Source: Anthoceros angustus
Taxonomy: Eukaryota > Plantae > Anthocerotophyta
Assembly (NCBI GenBank): GCA_010909165.1
Contig: VJWM01000063.1
Location: 1,759,595 to 1,823,594, forward strand
DNA length: 64,000 nucleotides
Direction: 5' to 3'
Part shown: positions 47,301-60,770 of the stretch, in pieces
Layout: each line of letters opens with the position of its first letter
How positions within the stretch are numbered: the first letter of the stretch is position 1
Made by a program: the position numbers and the translations under genes
The notes under the pieces: model-generated
Told to the model about the DNA's origin: nothing
What the model saw: only the letters and a program-made list of their open reading frames with translations
The model's database searches: none

Positions 47301-49977
47301 TTGAGACCTTTCAGTGTGAACTACCATGGTGGTAACCAGTCCACACAACCAGTCCTTCTGGTGGTGCTTTTGTGGCACAGATATCATGATAGCTTCACCT
47401 GGGCTACTCTGTCTGTGCCTTTGTTATCCAGATAGGTTCCTCAGGTTGGTGGAGCGTGTCCAAGCAGCAACTGAGGGCGCACGGGTGAGGCATCGATTGA
47501 AATCAAGGCGGCTGCAAGCAATGATCATGGAGATAAAGGTATGTGCCATGAAGGGTCCCCTGCTATGGCTGGGCCAGCCCTTAATAAGTTCTAGGATTGG
47601 TAGTGTCTGACGGTCTGATGTCGGCAGCAAACGGAAACCGTGTTCGGAGTAACAAGCTTTAGTGTTCAAACAGTACCCTTCCAGTACAACCTGTTCCATG
47701 AACTTCCACATCTGAAGAATGTGATGGACTGCAGGAGATAAGGGCTCTACTCATGGAAATGTCTCTGGACCCATCACGGGAGTCTCCACCAAATCTGCTA
47801 CCGCAACTATACAACCAGCTGCAACAGAAGCTCCTACAGCTGCGCACTGCCTTGAATGGTTTGGAATGCTTCATATTTGAATTTTGGCTTGTAGGAGGTC
47901 AAGTGCTTGCCTGGGAACCATTCTCCAAAGTTAGCAGTACCGTTGCAATTGCTTCTGAGTATTTCCTGCTGACTCCTTTTAAGAAATGTTCGTCTGACAT
48001 TAGGATGGCAGGGAGCATAGAATTCATGGTCTCATCTGAGGTTACAGGCAAAGGAGTCGTGGATGTCTAGCTTTCACCATTCCATGTGTTTCCGTTGTCA
48101 GTGAGAGAGAGACAGGAAACCTACGAGTAGTTGGACCTCTGGTTTTGATGGTGTTCCAAATATATATCCCAGGTCCAGAGAAAGATGCTCGGTTTGTGTT
48201 AAGAAGAAGTCCAGCATCTCCCCTAGTCATCTATACCACCAGACCTGGCTCATCTGGTCTGCCTGGAGGAGCTCCACCAAAATTTGGCGACCCAGTATTG
48301 CTCAAGTCATCCTCAAGTTCTCTGCCAGATACTCTGAATTTCGCCAACCTCCATCTGCAAAGCGGAGATGACAAGAAACGCAGGGCGGCTACCGCTCCCA
48401 AGACATCCCACATCAGTTTAGTTGTCAACTCAACACAGCCAGCTGGCCAGAAGAGCTTGCAAGGATCGGTTGGATATCAACAAATTGCAAGGAGATCTGC
48501 CGAGTGGGCTTACGCCCAAATCTACCAACCAAAGGATGACGGCACTTCTACTAAGTCCAACAGAGCAGTGCTGGCTGATGAAGTGCTGCAGAGGTTCAGC
48601 CAATCAGATGAAAGTTTGGAACAGGTGAGGCTTGCTGAGGCACTGCTTGCACCCCTTGTGCTTCATTGGAGCAGCTGTTTAGTAACTTCCTGGGCAGAGC
48701 TTTCGCATTCAGATGCAGCGGATGCTGGAGCATTCCACTGGCTTGGACGAGCAGTATGAAGAGAGTGAATACGGTGAACAACCTGACCGACCAAAGCGCC
48801 CGTATTTGAAACGAAAGTCCATCATGATGGCCCCTCAAAAGCTCGACTGGTCCAAGGTATGATAGTATTGTGCTGAGCTATTTGAAGGTGGGTCCATCCT
48901 GAATTTTGTGGTTTTAATTCACAGGTGAAGCCTATGGTCAGGTCACGTCTAGAGCCAGAATTAAGGACAAAACTATCCCATACCAAACCCAAAGGAGTGA
49001 ATGTCTCCTCCTCTCGGAAGTTGACGGTAAATGTGACATACTTGATCCTCGAACTGGTGACACACCTGCAGCTGATAGCATGTAGTCACCCGTTTTTCTC
49101 TTTGTTTCCAGACAGACTACAACAAAGTCAAGAGCCGTCTCTTCAACTATGAGAGCAAGGAAACCAGTCTCCAGGCTTCTGCTGACAGCAGCAAAGGTGG
49201 GACGGCGGACGAAAATAAGTCTGACGCAGCCGTGGAGAGCACAGGCACTTATAAAATCAAGGATTCCGACTGTTCGAAGAAAGACATCAAACCAAGTTCC
49301 TCTGCCAATGACCTGTTGGGTGCTAAGGTTCGTGGCAACAGAAGTCAGGATGCCCCAGCCCCAGCAAAAGTCAAGCTGGAAGGCGAATCACAACAGAAGG
49401 TGCACTCCTTGGCCTTCAAAGATATACGTGTGGATTCTCTGCTTGATAGCAATGCCTTTTCTCATCAGAGGACCTGGCTTTTGATTATCAGTCTGAGGAC
49501 AAAGGAGGCAAGCCTCGGCAACACTCAAACAGGTATGGGAACTCATCAGATGTTCTGCAGCAGATGAAGGATGAAAGCTCTCCTCCCGTCGAGACCTTCC
49601 AAGATACTGCCCTGCCAGTCAAATCTGCAAAGCCCGAAGAGGTATCTGGTTTCTGTGCACAAAGTCGAATCCACTGCAATAATCTCTGGTAATGCAAAAA
49701 GAGTGTAGTACAAAACGTTTCAATTTGCAATTCTGTACAGGGGTGGGTCGCTTCAGTGCAACTGGAGAGGACGTTGAAAGGAGTGATGGGACTGAAACAT
49801 GGTAATATCCACACTCAGCGGGAGAACACTCTTCAAAGTCCAGTTCAACGTTTTCTCTGGGGTTTACCTTCTCCGACATCACTAATTCTCGTTATCCTAC
49901 CTCTGCCAGAAAAAGGTGTAACTTTGGAATGCCTCTTTCGACCTGCTCAGGTGCGTCCATCTGGGCTTTGTTCATGA
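41317..49977 (+). CDS. Very large (>2000 aa, estimated) multi-exon, largely disordered protein with an N-terminal coiled coil and IQ motifs
   Basis: The 506-aa and 1217-aa ORFs join in frame through intron 42566-42722. Phase-consistent exons continue (45931-46111, 46238-~46332, then 46510 onward). IQ motifs AASCIQKWWKKCM, AAITIQRWWRKLK and a degenerate VERVQAATEGARVR. Start and end are uncertain. Confidence 0.75.
44181..44262 (+). repeat. 42-bp in-frame tandem repeat (TCHSKSRSP[D/N]RG x2)
   Basis: GACTTGCCATAGCAAAAGCAGGTCACCT at 44185 and 44227. Confidence 0.9.
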
Positions 49978-50157
49978 AAACAATAAACCAGATTCTAAAC
50001 TACCCTAATAACTTCACAATAGTAAGATAAAACTGAAGAAATCGCTGGGCGTTGCAGGACAGAAGCATCGTACCACGATTGAATCCGGCATCAATTGTCC
50101 TCAATGCTTCGAAAGAAGAGGTAAATGGTCACAGGCAATGGTCACAACTGATCCTCT

Positions 50158-50720
50158 ACTTAAATCCCAACCTCAGAGCTCTGAAATCACAAATGTGTCA
50201 AATCTACTTCCCGTTCTATAATCTCAAAGCAGTAGTGTGCCTTGTACCAACGCAGAGGAACATACTGTATCATGAACTCTGCAACGACGGCAACATCTAC
50301 AAGAATTGACAAACATAAGGGAACCCGACAAATGGTGAGTGTCTCATCTGCGTAACATCATCAGGCTCCCAGTCCAACATAACACCTTGAGGCTCACACA
50401 ACCAAACATAAGCGACGTAAAAGCAGCGTTCATCCTGTGGCAAGTGCTACAAGACTGTGCCCTAGCCCCCGTTCTGCCGCTGCTATTTGCTTTTCAATCA
50501 CAAGGCTGGTAAAATGCGACGCGTAAACGTCAGCTCTTGAGGGTTGTGATCGTGAAACCCCCCAACCTTCCACAATCGATCAACGTATACGTGAACTGTA
50601 TGAATACCAGTCTTGCGTGAACTGCCCTGAGGAAGCTTGGGGTCTTGGAACAAATGCTTCTTGTGTTAGTCCAAATTTTCGTGGTGGTCCTCAGCCATAT
50701 ATCATCATGGACTTGTTATT
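50158..50720 (-). other. Possible small spliced coding remnant, unidentified
   Basis: Exon-like pieces (KTGIHTVHVYVDRLWKVGGF; HLPQDERCFYVAYVW; DVAVVAEFMIQYVPLRW) bounded by GT/AG. No family recognised. Confidence 0.2.
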
Positions 50721-53700
50721 CGTGACTGGTGCATACTGGGGAGTATGTTCGATCGTATTGCTTTGTGACATGAGCACTTTGCGCATGACAAGAATACGAA
50801 CGAGCCACTACGAAAGAGGTGGCTCCATTAGAATCAACAAAGATATCACGACCATTGAAAACCTTTAAATGAAAAATAATTTCATTTACAATAAGGATGA
50901 GAACTCCCTACTACTTTAAAAGTAGATCCCAACATCAAAGTTCCATGGCAAGAATACCCACTTCAACTTTTTTTCCTTCCTCTACCCAACAAGCTACATC
51001 CGCTACATACAACCAAATCACTTAGAACTACACATTGAACATCTATCCAATAGATCCAACTATTTGGACCAAATGTGCATCTCAACATAAAAAGCTTCAT
51101 GGCAAGAGTGCTCTTGTCAACTTTTTTCCGTCCACTCGCCTTCAACAATGTTGAGCTTCATCAAAATTGCAACCTAGGATGTAAGCTGCAATCCAAAGAG
51201 CTGTAGTGCACCGGGTTTGGAGAGGATTGCGCCGATACTTGTGCAGGCAAACACTGCTCAGCTTGTGCACACTTGCCACCGCACCGACACTCACATCAAT
51301 GTTCTTTTCAAAACCCCCAAAGATCCCGAGAAATCCTCGATGCTGCACACTGCCCGACCCGCCTCCATGCCGAGACAAGCCACACTTAGAGTTCTTTGCT
51401 CTAGGCCCATGCAAGAATCGGGCAAGGTCTTAAAGGATGGTCATGCCTCCTCAACGCTTCTTGACCGAACTCTTGGCTTACATTTCTCCTTGTCCGCACT
51501 GCTTTTCAACCTTACTAGTCCACCCACGGCCGCACATGGTGCAAGTTAGATCTTAAATTCAAAATCTCTTGGCGAAGCTCGGCTATGGTTCGCCTCCGAA
51601 CACCTAGCCGCACCACACCGCAGTGCCACAATGGGTATAGACAGTCCTCCTTCATAGCCTCACTAAAATATCGAGTCGCCCATTTGGTCAAAATCCTCAC
51701 TAGGCGACCAACTCTCTTTCTTCACATACTCTGCTCACTAGGGCTCGTGTGGCGGGCATATGCTCTCTTCTCGCTTGTGTTCGACAACATCCGACACGCT
51801 TTCATCAAGGCGATCATCTATTATCTTTATTTTCTTACTTCTCTCAGAAAACATTGTGAAACATTGTCGTATTCAAAAGGTTGGCCATCGAAACCACCAT
51901 TACACATGTCAAATTTTGGAAAATGTAGCTCATCTAGAAACCAAGGCGCATGCATCTATACACGCATCAAACTCGGATTAGCCGGACATTTGGCGCACCA
52001 ATAAAAAAGGTCTAGCTACAAGTCGTAGGTAGGGTCGGGGCACATAGAGTAAGGCCGAAAAGGTTTTAAATGTGTATACAAAGCGAATGTATGAACATAA
52101 CGTCAACCAACAAATGATTTTCAAAACCAATATTCCATACTTTAAACCTAGATACCGGATGATTTACAAATTTTTCAAACCACTAAAAATCAACACCCCA
52201 TCTCAGATTGATCCCCCAAGTTGCTTGATGGAGTTCTTACAAAGTTTTCAAACTACCAAAACAAACACCCCATCCTATATCGATCCAACCGGGCACCGGA
52301 CTTTGGAGTTCTTATGTTAATCGGTCTATCTACACCCCTGCCAAAGCACATATTCTTCTATCAGATAGAAATAATACATATACAAACACGCCGTCGGGCG
52401 CATCCACTCCAACACTTCCATCGCTACCGACACCCGCAAGATTGGGGTCTCGAATACACCACTTCCATCGCTCGATGCCCGGAAGATTGGGGACTCTGTG
52501 AAATGCGCCAACGCCCGCTGCAGCCAAGATATTCTCCGCCAATGCGCCAACCTCAGCGCATTGCCCCATTTCCTTCCTCTGTTTTTCACTCTAATAATGG
52601 AGATCCGAAGGCTGTGTACTTACATTGCACTAGACGTATGGTGCTGTTTTCTAGAGTCCTAGTTTGTCCCTCTCGAGATGGCCCTGATCAGGCTGTCGCT
52701 TGATGTCCTCTCACAATTGTGCCGGACGTCCGGCGCGGTTGCTTGTTTTGGGCTTGGGAGTTTGTGCAACTTAATAATTAAGTCTCCTCACCTTGCCTTC
52801 TTAATGTACAACATGTCAATTGGAGAACTAAACTACACCAAATGCTGTAGGAATAGAAGTTGATGTGGGAAATAGTTACCACACGTGATTAGACAAAGGC
52901 ATTTGTTTGTTCCTTGATGAACTTTGTGACGTGAACTAAGCAATGTCATGCCTAACACTTCAGCCCAAATGTGGTAACATGGTCATAGTTTTAACCTTAT
53001 TAATGTTATGAATTGCGTGCTAAACTTACGTCAACTTAAGGCTGGCCTTGATTGCCACGAACCTTTTATGTTGAAGCTCACGATGGCCTCCCAAAACTGC
53101 TTCTTACTAAGGGCTGTCCATGGCATTCAAACCTTCATCAAAAGGAGCCATTCAGATATCTAGTTTCGCTGCACCGAAATCTTTATCAAGGTGCCCAATA
53201 TTGCAAGGCGCAAGCGGCAATTAGGAGACCCCAATACTTTAGTGTAGATGAGACCATCCAATTTGTACACTTTACATAAAGAACTACTCATCATATTATG
53301 ATTTCAAGGATGATTTCAAGGACTATCAAACTACGTAGAGCAGAAAACAAACCTAGACTTGTAGGATAAGAGGTTAGTCGTAGAGAGACTTTGCGTTGTG
53401 GAATAGCAGGGTTTGACCTACTTTGGGCTTTTCTTGTGAATACATAAGCATTGGGATTCTCATCTTATCTCCATTTTCAAATTTCATGGCCAAACGGAAA
53501 AAAACATTACTACAATAATATAAATTAAACCACTAGCACAACAAAAATTAAGGCATAATAAAGCAAAAAAAGAATAAAACATAAAACATAAAACAAAACA
53601 AAACCTCAAACAACAGCGGCAAAACAATAGAGAGAACCTTGTGCATCTTTTGAATCTTTAGACATTTGGCTTGGGCCCAGCTCCAAGTGCACACCATACC

Positions 53701-54149
53701 ACTTTCGTTCTCGCATTGCAGGCGAATCAAGAAGAGCATCAGGTCAAGGAAGATATTATTGTGCCAAATGTCTAAGAAACAAAGTCTTGTAGGATTCCCA
53801 GAGCGAGAGTATAGTCTTAGGATTGACTGGTATGCGTGAAAGGTTGGTGCGCAAACAAGTTTGCACACCAGAATCACAGCAAGCCCTAAAAACTCTAAAT
53901 GTTTGTACACGTACCGATTATGAGAATGACCTTCTTTTAGGAAGGCTCAAAATTGGATAAAATTGAAAATCAAGTACGTTTGTGCACACGTAAACAAGAC
54001 CTAAACTATTCAAAATGGTCTTTTAGTGCGGATTTTTTAGCATGCAATTTGGGGTTTGCGCAAGTGCGTGTGCAAAAAGGGGTTACTGGAGAAACCCCTT
54101 TCTACCCAGACGCTATTACTGGTAGAAACCCATGGGAGTTAATGATATC

Positions 54150-54500
54150 GATCCCCCCTGCTCCTTCTTGTCCTGGTGGTAACACAATATCGAAGGCGGA
54201 CAGTGCTCGCCGTGCATTGAACTTGAGAATTTATGGTCTTGGTAATGACATTGTTGCACCACTTGTGGCTGCAAAGGAGTTTCTCAATAGGCTAGAGGTC
54301 GATGTGGTCGTTGCTCGAGCCTTCTGGCTTGGAAAGGATCCTGGTAGAGACCGCATATTGATTATGACTTTTCACTCCATGGATGATCGCCTCCAGGTTA
54401 TGAAGGCTAGGTCTATGTTACGGACGACTCAGTTATATATCAATCGATCTTACACCATTGCAATGGAAGATTAAGAAGGAGAAGTTACACCTTTGAGCTG
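54150..54500 (+). mobile_element. LINE ORF1 C-terminal (RRM/CTD-like) remnant, truncated by the LTR element
   Basis: RRALNLRIYGL...AAKEFLNRLEVD...AFWLGK...RILIMTFHSMDDRLQVMKARSML...LYINRS is typical of non-LTR ORF1. Confidence 0.7.
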
Positions 54501-54551
54501 CTCGTCTTGCAAGTCAACGGCTTTCTTTCATGGATGAATTTGTGGTGTTTA

Positions 54552-54904
54552 TGTAAGAGCAGATGGGCCTGACATCTCACGAGCTTGAGTCCAACCACTA
54601 GAAGTGAAGAAGCCACTGCGTGAATCGAGAGAGTCCGGACATGGGAGCACTGGTTCTTGACTGTCCCGGGTTCACCGCTTTACCGAGCTAACTTAACTAC
54701 TGGATGGGTTAGTGACTAATCAAGTTAGCTTAATCCCGCCGCCTAACCTCTAGTTCTAACCTTGTTTTGTCTAGCTCTAGTGGCTATGTCCCAGGCATGC
54801 CCCACGCTGCTCATTATTACTCAGATGCGCAGAAATTTCATCCGGACGCCGATCACGTGTCCAAATTCTTCACAGCTTGCTCACGGCGATAGTCGGTCGC
54901 GGCA
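54552..54904 (-). repeat. 3' LTR (~353 bp), with PPT GAGGAGGAGGATGA immediately inside (54905-54918)
   Basis: Colinear with 62908-63264. TG...CA termini. Confidence 0.85.
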
Positions 54905-57900
54905 TCATCCTCCTCCTCGAACGGACTATGAAGACATTGTCCACGTTTCTCGACTTGTTTAAATGTCGGAACATATCGACGAAAAGCCCGAGTCTCCCAC
55001 CGGGTTCTTCTCCATGGTCACCTCCACCGACTGTACTCCTTGATGCTTCTTCCACGCACTCTCTGTAATAGCGGTCTGCGATTAGCTTGTCGCCATTGAA
55101 ACTCGTTTTGCTGGCTTGTGTCCGGTCCGCATCCTCCCCTTCCGCTCAGCAGCTACGAGCTCTTGGGAGGTTGCATCCGACTCGCCTTGCCGGAACTGCA
55201 GCTTGATTTGCCTCACTCCCCGGAGTCCTCAAAATTGCTCAAGTTGGGGCAGCACCCACAAACCTCTTTAGCAAGGAAACGTGGAAGTTTTGCAGATGCG
55301 CCTAACTAGCGTGCATGTTGTCGATATGTGGTGAAATTTTCCTTGTGACACAAAACGGGCCCACATACCAGAGGGACAGCTTGGCTTTGCCCTCTTGCGA
55401 CTTAGAATGCCCGCACTCTAACCACACCCATCGCCGACTTCATGTTGCTCATCTCGCCATTTTTGTTTGCATGTGTCGACCTCTCACGGTTGATGGCTCA
55501 TTCATGGGATTCCCAAGGGTTTCTCGCATTTCTTCGCTAAGCTCGCTTATGGCTTTAACTCCTCGCAACACGGGCCAAAGTCCGTGCGGAACGTTGCGCC
55601 AGGGTCATCTTGAAAGGAGAGTATCCCGCTGTAAAGGTCTTCGAGTTGTGCTAATTCCACCGGTGGTAGCATGTCTTCCAGCTTCCTTGCTTGTCGTGAT
55701 GAGGGGCCTAAGCAAATCTTCCATTGTTTGATTCATCTTCTCACTTGCTCCATCACAGGCATGATATGCGTGCTCATCCCTTGCTTGATTCCAAGTGTCT
55801 TGCATACACTGTAACTTAAGTGAACTTCAATCTCCGACATGATCTCTTGGGGCACCCATGCAATCCGACCACCTCTTTGATGAAGATTGGCTAGCTTGCT
55901 TGGCTTTGATGCTTCCTTCACGGAATAAAATGAGCTAGCTTGGTGACCCTATCGATGCACCTGCATGGCATCATGTCCCTTCCTCGGTCTTGGGCAAGCG
56001 GTGACAAAGTCGCAAGCCATGCTTTGCCATTTCATCTCTCGAACTTGAGTGGCATGAGGCACCAGCAGTGGCTTATGCTCGAACTTGGTCTCGACATGGT
56101 AGGCACTCCTTCACATGCTTGACACATTCTCCCTCATTTGTTTCCACCACACATGCGCTTCAGCGCTGATAAGACTTATCTATTCCCATGTGTCCCATGG
56201 GAGCGCGTATCATGCAAAAGAGCTGCTTGAGGTCCCATACGCTTGCGTGTATGCACAACTTGCCTTTTCAGTAAGCACCCTTGGTGCACCTTGAACTTGT
56301 CGCCGAGTTGGGCGGCCTACCAGTGATGAGATCGCCTTCTTTGTCAACACATCACTTAGATACTCATCTTGGAGTGTTCTCCGAACCGCCTCTCCGTGTC
56401 TCGACTCTAGACATGCTGCATCTGCGCTCAAAGCATCTAATCAAATTGGCTTTGCCCGGCAATATGAGATTGTCATGTGGAAGTCTCAGAATTCGCCCAT
56501 CTCCTTTGTCGAGGGTTGAGCAAGGGCTGCTTGTAAAATGCTCTTTCGTGATCCGTACACAACAAACTCACTCCCATGTAATGTCTCCGTGCTTTTAATG
56601 CATACACCATCGCTAGAAGCTCCTTGTCGTGTGTGGTGTAGTTGAGCTCGCCCTTGCAATTTCTCGACAAGTAATCGATGCTCTTCCTTCTTCTGCCGCT
56701 CCTAATGCAAAGTCAAGCGTCTGTTCTCACGAATGGCTTCTTCATGTCCGCAATGTAAGTGCAGAGGCAATTGCCTCTTTCAAGTTTCGAACGCCTCTGC
56801 GTGACATGGGGAATTTTGCAAGCTTGCATGTCGGTCGGTCGAGGCGGCCGTCTTTGCATATTGAGGTATGAAGGACTTCATTTGCACACACATGCCGAGG
56901 AACGCATCTACGAGATTCGGGCGTGGCCAATCTGAATAGCTTGCACCTTCTCGGTCAACTTCTACACCAGCGGATACTATGAAGCCCGGATAATGCACCT
57001 TGTCAAGAATTCACTTCTTTCTTCTAGCAAGCGACATGCTCTCTCAAAGCATCGGCACTAATGTGAGGTCTTGTTTGTGGTCCGCAACATTGGAGTACAC
57101 GAATATCGTCCACAAATACTTCCACGAACTTGCCAGTCGCCTCAAAATCTTGGTCATCAAAGTTGTAAAGCTTGCGGCGTTGGTCATACCAAAAGGCAAG
57201 ACAAGGAAGCAGTGCCGTCGTTCAAGGCGGATTTGAATTGTCCCGGCCTTGATGCGGATTTGATGGAACCCCGCAGATCCACCTTGCTAAACACACAGGC
57301 TCAAGATTATCCAATATTTCTTTCGCGGCATCGAACCGATTCTTCATGAAGCGTTCAACCCTCGGTAGTCTATGCACATGCGCACTTTGCCATTCACTGC
57401 TTGACAATCACGGAGCTGCGTATGGGGACACAGACTCCTCTATGAGGCCTTTCTTCAAAAGGTCGTCCCTGCGGCTGCACGAGTTCTCGGTGGTGCTAGT
57501 CTATAGGGGCGACCCAAGTTTGGCTCGTGGATGAGATCTATTGCATGATCCACATCACGTCTTGGTGGCAATCCTGTGTCTCCTCAAAACGTCTTTGAAC
57601 CGCTCCAAAATTTCCTTGACTCTTGGGGTTCCTCATTCTCTCCTTTGATCATGGTGGTTCGACATCCGCTGCTTGTGCAGCTTGTAGGCTCTTGCTCGTT
57701 ACGGTGAACAAGAAGGCGATACTCCAACGTTCCGGCTTTGATGGCCTTCCTTGCATCTGGTGAAAGAGCTTGATGCAGACGTTGGTGAGCCCTCGACCGC
57801 CACCCTCTCTCCTTTCCAGCTCAACGTCATTTCATGCCTCCCGAATGATATTTGGGGTCAAGCCATAGCCAATCCTGTCCTAACAAGACTTCATGTGACA

Positions 57901-60509
57901 AAGTGCATCTAGGACTTCGAGCCTGACATTGTCTTCATACCCTTGAAAGGAGATGTCACTTGGATTTCGTGCATGTTTACTCTCGATGGCTCCATTGGCT
58001 AACTTCATGTATTGTTCCATTTCCTTGCAAAACCACTTGACACCGGTGCATCTCTAGCCACATGATTCGGCTGCACATAATCGTGTGTTGAGCCTCCATC
58101 AATGAGAAAGGACACCGTCTCGCCACCCAACATGCCATCAATCAACTATGGACTGTGCCAGATGTTCGTAAGTCTCACCTTCTGTGTCTTGGTTTTTCCA
58201 GCCCTCTACTGGCAGCACCATTCTTACAACCATCCGACTTGGGGTTGCTCTCGATGTGCTCATCACTTGATTCGGCTGCACTCTTGTGCAAGCATTAACT
58301 TTGGCAACGCATGCCTGTGTTGCTCCATTATTTCGCGGCTCACCACTTACCATACATGCCGTTGTAAGGCGCCTCTAGCCACATGATTCGGCTCGCATAT
58401 GAAGCAAAGCCCTTTGGCCATGAATTCTTTTTCTCTCCATCACTACCGTCAATTGATGGTTTAATTCTCCTTGCCGGCTCATTTGTGCGACCGGCCTCGG
58501 TGTTCAAATTTGGCTTCCATGTGGGAGCAAAGCGGTATTTCACCCTCGTGATAGGACTCGGCCGGTAGCCGTGAGTAATTGCCGCCGCTGGTTGTGGCTA
58601 CTGATGAGACCGGAATACCGGTACGTGGGCCTTCACACCGTAGTGCTCGATGTCCATGGTCGCTTGCATAGCTTCCTCCATCTGCCTTATAATGCCGCTA
58701 ATCCCGAGCTTGTATTCGTGTTTGATCGCATCGCAAAGATTTTGCCAATTTTGCTTCTTGCTCGAGATCCGCGCTTTAACATTGCCTTCATGAATGCAAG
58801 GTGAAAGTCTTCCAAAGGTTCTGTGGTGCTTCAACGCTGCACTCATGCCGACTCAACACCTTCTTTGTGATCCTTGGGCAAAAGGTCTGCAGCTTGGACT
58901 TCATGACATCCCAAGATTGGATGGTAGGCTTGTCTCTTTTGCCGCTTTCCTTTCTGTCCCACCACGCCCGCCAAGGATCGTGTAATGGGTCTGAAATCAA
59001 CCTTCTCCTTTCTCATACTCACCGCTCAAGTAGGTCGAGAATGCCCACCCCTGCAGCTTTGCTCTGGCCGCGTGGTCCCGACAAATTTCAAACTTCAAAC
59101 TTGGCACGCTCCTCAAGTCGCTGCTCGGATGGCTCAGTCCTCATCGAAAAGCAAGCTTTGACAAATGGCCTTGCCACGCTGAGTCCGAGCTCGCATGCCT
59201 CTACTTGCAACTTCCTTGCAATTCGCTATTTTGGGATCCTCCGCTTCTTCTTGTGCTGCACTTGAACTCGAAATGCTTAAGAGTTATGCCGACGCGATCG
59301 GGGTCAGCAGCCGAAAGATATGCCGGGGTTGCAGCCCTGGGGTGCACATTATCGGGGCAGCTCATCATTCTCTATGATCGTCTGACCCGTGCAGCCGCTT
59401 CGGGTCGATGGCTCTCTTGTCCCGAGGTTGGCCTTTGAAGCACTTGAGCAAGCATGTCTCCTGCTTGTTCTCGCTCAGATTTTGTGCAAGCAACTCAATC
59501 AACCTCTCATGCTGCATTTTTGTTCCTCCAATGTGCTGGTGATTTGTTGAGCCGCCCGCGGTTCTGACCCACCGCAACATGATCTCCAGATGTTCCTCGG
59601 ATCCGGACGCTTCCCGCCAGCCTGCAAGTCTCTAACTCGTGTCACTGTGTGTCCGTGATGTCTGGCCCCTCCGCATTGAAACTCCCGCCGCCTCGCGACT
59701 TCCTCGCTTGTGTGTGATTCGCTTTTCTGGCCGTCCGGTTTCTTCGACTCCACCCTTTGCGCCTAGGCTCCTCGTCTTCACGCCCGACCACTTCGCTGTG
59801 AATTGAGCCGGATCGCAGCCGCTCTTCCACTTCGCCATGGATCTAGTCCGCAGCCTTGATGAGATAGTATCACCGCCCATGTTTTTGGCAGCTTGAAATT
59901 GAACTCGTCGACTTTGTTCCTCCTGCCAACCGCAATGTTTGTCTGGCACAACACGTGATTCCCACCACTTGCACGCACGCCGGGTGTTCACGCTCGCCGC
60001 TATTCCAGATTGACGGGTCAAGACATGCCGATCACTTCAGGCAAGTGACTAGCCTTGCTTAGTATGAAAACTCATCGCTCCTCACCGCAAGCCTTTTTCG
60101 GGGTCTGCAGGATCCGCCGAGGAATGGTGATCTCTGAAATTAGGTCGAGCGGATTAGAACAAAGCGCCGGATTGAATCGCATCCTTTTGTGAGTCTCATG
60201 GATGGCTCTACGTAATCTTGAGCTCAACAAATCAGCCTCGACCGTTCGGATTGCGGCCTAGGAAGCCTCCGATGCGCTTGTAGCAAGGCACAAGGCCATG
60301 CCTTTTGTTGTGAGAGCTAGCAACTGGGAACCTTGATAATCAAGCAACGTGGCCGATGATTCTTTACGGATTCAGACTCTCCACAATTAGTCCAAGATCC
60401 ACCACCGTGCGATGAGAACGCTCTTCTGCTGAGTACACTTTTCACTTGCTCGAGATTGCTGAATCTCGCAACTATGCACCAAGAAACACAAGAACCCGGC
60501 CGAACGCTT

Positions 60510-60770
60510 CTTGCATCGCCTTGGGTCCAAGACCTCACGAACGAAGGTGACAAGATTCAAGCATCAAAATGCTTCTGCATCGCCTTGGGTCCAAGACCTC
60601 ACGATCGCAAGGTGACAAGAGCCTCATATCAAAATGCCTCTTGCATCGCTTGGGTCCAAGACCTCACGATCGCAAGCATAAGAGCTCAAGTATCAAAATG
60701 TTTTCGTGCATCGCCTTGGGTCCAAGACCTCACGATCGCGCAAGGTGAGCCTCAAGTATCAAAATGCCTT
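60510..60770. repeat. ~64-bp tandem array (4 copies) in the retrotransposon leader
   Basis: GGGTCCAAGACCTCACGATCGCAAGGTGACAAGAG...ATCAAAATGC with a 63-66 bp period. Confidence 0.85.
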
